A DNA stretch of 32,901 nt, taken from a virus. This document shows, piece after piece, positions 32,599 to 32,901 of this stretch (position 1 is its first letter; every line of letters starts with the position of its first letter). The position numbers were made by a program, and so were the translations under genes. The notes beneath the pieces are model-generated. The model saw only the letters and a program-made list of their open reading frames with translations. It did not search any database and was not told the DNA's origin. The DNA lies in the IMG/VR virus record IMGVR_UViG_3300032132_000001, positions 362,573 to 395,473 of that record, one strand, 5' to 3'.

Positions 32599-32616
32599 TA
32601 TACTCAACGTGCCACG
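32597..32616 (-). promoter_or_regulatory. 20-nt motif CGTGGCACGTTGAGTATAAT (minus strand), copy 2
   Basis: Contains perfect TATAAT; ~100 nt upstream of GluR0-like gene start. Confidence 0.3.
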
Positions 32617-32622
32617 AGATGG

Positions 32623-32901
32623 CTAGCTAGCGTTGTTAGCAGCCATGAGCTTGTTCAGCTCGTCATCGACGGCCACGTCGTCCGTGCTGTATTTCTCTTC
32701 CAGCGACGAGGACGCAGAGCCGGCCAGCTCTTCGAACGCTTCGGCTTCAGCTTCGTCCGACTCCACCGCGCGCTGGAGGTCGTCCAGCGCGGCGAGGGGG
32801 CTTCCGCCCGTGCCGAAGTCCGACGTCGCCTTGGCGAGGTTGGTGCGAATCTGAGCGCTCGCAGAACGAGCCTTCAGCTGCGCGTGATTGCTCTTCGCCG
32901 C
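32623..32901 (-). CDS. 3' portion of a gene continuing beyond window end; Ala/Glu-rich, coiled-coil-like C-terminus ...DDELNKLMAANNAS*
   Basis: Minus-strand frame open from 32901 to TAG at 32623-32625. Confidence 0.5.
   Translation of the reverse strand, partial: AAKSNHAQLKARSASAQIRTNLAKATSDFGTGGSPLAALDDLQRAVESDEAEAEAFEELAGSASSSLEEKYSTDDVAVDDELNKLMAANNAS

Noticed and set aside
1-32901. CRISPR arrays, integrase/transposase, rRNA/tRNA genes
   Set aside because: No regularly spaced direct repeats, no tyrosine/serine recombinase or DDE motifs, no tRNA-like cloverleaf found.

Overview
Overall call: this window reads as a fragment of a large tailed dsDNA bacteriophage genome. GC is about 50%. Genes are tightly packed, with many ATGA/TAATG start-stop overlaps and clear Shine-Dalgarno sites, and most ORFs are small with no recognisable family. 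No rRNA, tRNA, CRISPR array, integrase or transposase is visible.

Layout: the first 12 kb switches strand seven times. From 12.2 kb to the end of the window, every credible gene is on the minus strand, about 50 ORFs.

Recognisable genes:
- Nucleotide metabolism: thymidylate kinase; dUTPase with an N-terminal extension; an NMN-adenylyltransferase-like nucleotidyltransferase; an adenylosuccinate-synthetase homologue whose catalytic P-loop reads GSTGKGN instead of the near-universal GDEGKGK, which I recall as the PurZ (Z-genome) signature.
- DNA transactions: a minimal Pol X (Pol beta-like) polymerase; an SF2 DEAH helicase; a HAD phosphatase; a 2H phosphoesterase; a stand-alone C-terminal half of an NAD-dependent DNA ligase (Zn finger, HhH, BRCT) with no adenylation domain; a ParB/Srx-like protein.
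- Host-type auxiliary genes: a KdsD-like SIS domain without CBS domains; ClpS; a CspA-family cold-shock protein bracketed by stable hairpins; an alpha/beta hydrolase; a secreted HExxH metallopeptidase-like lipoprotein.
- A GluR0-type ligand-gated K+ channel with an exact TVGYGD selectivity filter.
- A 1250-aa structural protein with a P2 gpI-like baseplate domain.

Top candidates for something new:
- the PurZ-like gene, with a possible MazG-like partner immediately downstream
- the phage-borne GluR0-like channel
- the small 2H phosphoesterase, a possible Acb1-like anti-signalling enzyme
- the split or degenerate NAD-ligase
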